Positions 60,093-64,000 of a stretch of 64,000 nucleotides of DNA are shown here, in pieces (the first letter of the stretch is position 1; each line of letters begins with the position of its first letter). This stretch comes from the human T2T-CHM13v2.0 reference genome, Homo sapiens. The stretch lies in assembly GCF_009914755.1 (NCBI RefSeq), contig NC_060932.1. One strand, written 5' to 3'. The translations under genes were made by a program, and so were the position numbers. The notes beneath the pieces were generated by a model, which made no database searches, had not been told where the DNA came from, and saw nothing but the letters and a program-made list of their open reading frames with translations.

Positions 60093-60300
60093 AAGAGAAC
60101 ACGTGGACACATAGAGGGGAACAACACACACTGGGGCCTCTTGGAGAAAGGAGGGTGGGAGGAGGGAGATGATCAGGAAAAATAACTAACGGGTATTAGG
60201 TATAACACCTGGGTGATGAAATAATCTGTATAACAAACAGGTACATGTACCCTTGGTCTTAAAAACGAAAGTTTTAAAAAGATGTAAAAAAAAAATAATA
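60093..60300 (+). mobile_element. L1PA11-13-like 3'UTR fragment
   Basis: GAACACGTGGACACATAGAGGGGAACAACACACACTGGGGCC...ATCAGGAAAAATAACTAA...GATGAAATAATCTGTA; A tail. Confidence 0.85.
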
Positions 60301-61191
60301 AAGGAGGAAACAAAAATTTTCATGCAAAGACCTAGGCTGAGATGAGAATATGGGGCAGTGTTCAGGCAGACAAACAGCCTATCCAAGTTTCTGCATCAGG
60401 AAGAAGCCTGGGGCGTTTGAGGAGCTGATTGGAGCTGAGTGGTCTGGGAAGGAATTAGCATAAAACGATGTTTGATAGATCATCTCGGATTTTGTAGAAC
60501 AAGATGAGGAGGGTTTTTTTTTTTTTTTTAATTCTAAGTGCAATTGATAACATTTTGAGACTGTAACCAGGAACATTTTGTAACTACATTTATGTTTTTG
60601 AAAATCACTCTCACTCCTCTGCAGAGAGTGAGTTGTTGGAATAAGAAAATAATTCTGTTACCAGACAGCAAATTTGACTGAAATTCAGTAGAAACAGCAA
60701 GCTGAACATGTGTTCCCATCATTAACTAAAAAACAGTCAGGCCTGAGTTCCAAATGAAAAAGGAATTGACAGAAACATAAACCCATGGGTAGCTAATGTC
60801 TACATCAATGTGTGTATTCAAAAACTGTTGAATAAAGGACCAAATTCCTTTGGTTCTGTGGGGCAAAAAGACACCATTTCCTCTCTATGTTCAGTTACCC
60901 CATGAGAATTGGGGAGGGGTGGACTGTTGCCATATTCTTTCCTTTGAATTCCAGAATAAGAATAAATGGGGATTTACAACAGTCACACGTGCCCTTATTA
61001 GCAGATGTTTCGTGTATGTTCCAGGGCAACAATGAGTAGTTACATTGGATACAACTGAATGGCTTATTCATTATAATCACCAGAGATTCAGACATGTATG
61101 TCTCAGGATTAACATCTTTAGTCTCCAGTTTTCCAGCACATCATAATAACTGTGTTTCACAACTGAGTCAACTGAATAGTTACAGAAACTG

Positions 61192-61195
<4 letters not shown>

Positions 61196-61231
<36 letters not shown>
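61196..61231 (+). repeat. (CA)n microsatellite
   Basis: Directly visible. Confidence 0.95.
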
Positions 61232-61233
<2 letters not shown>

Positions 61234-64000
61234 CCATGCAAGTTTAGGCAAACCTAACTAAAATATGCATTCAAGGGCAAAATAAACTAAAATATTCTCC
61301 TCAATAAGTCTTGAGTAGTTCTTTAAAGTTTGCACTTTCATCCTCTGGGTCATAATTTTAATAACATTCTTGAGAATCTTCACTTTTGAATTTGTATTTA
61401 TGTTTATCCTTAAAAAATCAAGAATTCTTTTGTGTTGGGGTTTATTTTGATAAATGTATATAACACTGATTATTATGCAAGCAACACTAGACAATGTTTG
61501 AACATTAAACTCATTATAAATTCTTTCTTCTAGACCTAAATATCTGTTTGAATACCATAACAACTTTCAAAATATCTCTTCTTAGTGGGCAAATAGCAAG
61601 CCATATTTTTAAATATTTTATTAGTAGAAGATTTGAGGTTGACAGAAGCCAGCATAAACAAATTTACACTTACAGTTATGCCAAAAAGAAAATCAACCTC
61701 TAAATTCTTGTAACTGTTTTGGCAATTTATTCCCATGATTAACTATGGAGAAGCATCATAAATAGTGTTTTTTCTACAAAATTCCAAATCTTATCAATAG
61801 TGTTTAGAAACCACAAAATTTTTAATTAGTACTTAAACAGGTCTTTGAACTCTTCAACTATTTCTGTGTATAAAGCATGAAACTTAACAAAAAGAGACCA
61901 GCATAAAAGGTTCAAAAGAATCAGAATCTCCATCAGTTTGACTGCCTGTTTTCTTTCTTTTTAATTAATTTTTTTAAGCTAATATATTAAGATTATATTT
62001 CTCTTCAGAGTCATTTTTACCTTTTCTCTGTTAATTCCATCAACAAAATGTGGGAAAAAATGATGACAATTGACAGTACACACCCTCTGGGTATTATTGT
62101 CAAGTCATTTTAAATTTAGGTTTATTACAAAAGTTAACTTGAGGGTCTAAATTGTTTAAAAAAAATCTAAGAAGTAGCTCTGATTTATCAGTTTCCTTTT
62201 ATTTAGTGGCTTGGGTCACATATGAAAGCATAGGGTATAAAAGGAGAGACAAAAAATGGGAAGATGATAGAATATGGAGGTGAAAGAAAAATTAACAAAA
62301 CTATATAGAAACTTTGTGGGGGGCAGAGACAAAAAGAAAGAAAAGAAGAAAGGACAAAGTATTTGAGGGATGTGGTTGTCTAGGACTACCCCATAAATAT
62401 TTGACAAAAAAGAACAGTGGCTTCGATACCGATTACGCCTAAGAATAAATAAAACATTTAAAAAGAAAAACTCAGGCACAATGTGCATTTAAAGACATCA
62501 GTGAAATTATCATTGGTGCTAAAAAACAAACTTGCCAAATTATTAGGTTTCTAAACTACTAATATTCTGCACATTCTAACTTGGCCTTACTCCTTTGGAG
62601 ACAAAAATTAAAAACCCAACTTAATGAGTTAGAAATAACCAATTCTAAGTAAGAACATTTCACATCTACATTCTTACAGCATAGCTCATCATGGGAGAGG
62701 AAAATAAGATCAATGCAAATTATTTCCAATTAAGTTCACCTTGAAGACTTGTCACCAGGGGCTATTTTACTGTCTATCATTGGCAGTTATCATTGGCAAG
62801 TGGTCAGTACTTCCTTCCCAAACAATCTTGAACCTATTCAAGAGCTCTCTTGCTTAGAAGGATTAAATCAATGTTATAACAAATGTTATATTTTAATTTT
62901 GTAACTAAGTTACTCAAATTAGCCAAAAAAATCTAATTTTTGAGACCCTCATCTGATGGTTACTTAAAAAAAAGTGAGAACTCAGAAAGAAATTCAATAT
63001 TGAAATGAGAAAATCATTTATTTTCATAAAAATTTTGGAATGACCATGTTTTCATTACGTCTTGCCAAGCTTTATTCTCAAGATAAACATGGCTGAGATT
63101 AGAAGGGCAGTGTGATGTATAAGGCAATTGCCTAAGAGCCGGAGGACTGGAGTTCGGTCCATGGTTCCTATGATGACTTGGTTTGTGGCCAGAGCAAATT
63201 TCCTCATGGCAGCTTGGACATCACCAATAGAGTGGAGGTCCAAGAGAAATGCCTCTTAGACTTATTCAGTGTTAGTCATAATCATATCAATCATGAGTGG
63301 GTTCATTTTCTATCAGATGTGACATGATAGGTTTTTAACGAATTTTATTGTATCAAAATGAGAATTTTTCCCATTGAAATAAAAGTTTACTCCTCATATT
63401 GCAATATATTTATTCTTTCTACAAGATAATTGTCCCTCCACAAGTAGAAGGGCATGGTTAAAATTAGTCGCAGGACAAAGCAGTTTGACTTTGACCTTTT
63501 CAAACTACTTCAGTGACTAGCATTTCAAAATATGTGCCACTTGGACAATTTCTCTATATTCAAAGATAAGATGTGGAAATTGGACTTGTCAGCCTCCCTT
63601 TTAAGCTTCTTACACAGCTATTATTTTATGGGTGTGTTGGGTAAAAGAAGAAATATCTTCTAATTAAAGTTAATACAAGAACCCTTTGAAATAATGACTC
63701 CACTTATATCTGTTAAAGGCTTTCCTGATATAAGAAAACAATGGAGGAAACACCCAGAGCCTCAAAGTTGCTTCATTATCATTGCCTTTCACAAGAACTG
63801 TAGGAAAGTTGATCAAAACGTCCTCAAAGCACTTGCCCATTTGTCTTTGTTGGTAAGTTTCTAACCAAAGACTTGCTAGCCCCCAGTACTAAGGTGGTTG
63901 TATAAGCACAGCAGTGTGAAACCCATATAGCATGAGTAGTACAATCTTGGTGGTGTAATAGAGGGGTACCACTTCCTACCACTTGTTTATATTATGCTTT

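Larger units (their letters stand above)
59340..60630 (-). mobile_element. L2 fragment interrupted by MLT2A2 and an L1PA 3' end
   Basis: L2 tail TTCATCCACTCATT...TTTATTGAAT; continuation after both insertions to TTTTGAAAATCACTCT. Confidence 0.6.

Noticed and set aside
63055-63243. 62-aa minus ORF near the window end
   Set aside because: Overlaps a degenerate MIR-like segment; no convincing splice sites or homology.

Overview
This is AT-rich primate (human or great ape) nuclear DNA, most likely intronic or intergenic and dominated by interspersed repeats. I recognise no cellular protein-coding exon, RNA gene, CpG island or CRISPR array. The only real protein homologies in the ORF track are dead LINE-1 ORF1/ORF2 segments and a Tigger transposase C-terminal relic. 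The main elements are a 5.4-kb 5'-truncated L1PA2-type LINE-1 (15415-20846, minus) inserted into the (TTTC)n tail of an AluJ, an older ~5-kb L1PA15/16-like copy (45140-50191, minus), several L1M fragments and 10 Alus. Solo LTRs include three MLT2 (ERV-L) clustered at 55-60 kb, three THE1, three MLT1, LTR16/33-like copies and an ERV1-like copy; DNA-transposon fossils, MIR/L2 and microsatellites fill much of the rest. I found no evidence of a new biological system. The best second-look items are a tiny twin-primed L1 missing its G-rich tract, a TSD-flanked solo poly(A) insertion, nested insertions, three 35-44 bp tandem duplications, quasi-palindrome clusters, a candidate recursive splice site with short plus-strand exon candidates, and the MLT2 cluster with one intact DUX4-type motif. 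Repeat subfamily names come from remembered consensus features and need RepeatMasker/Dfam confirmation; boundaries of old repeats are approximate.
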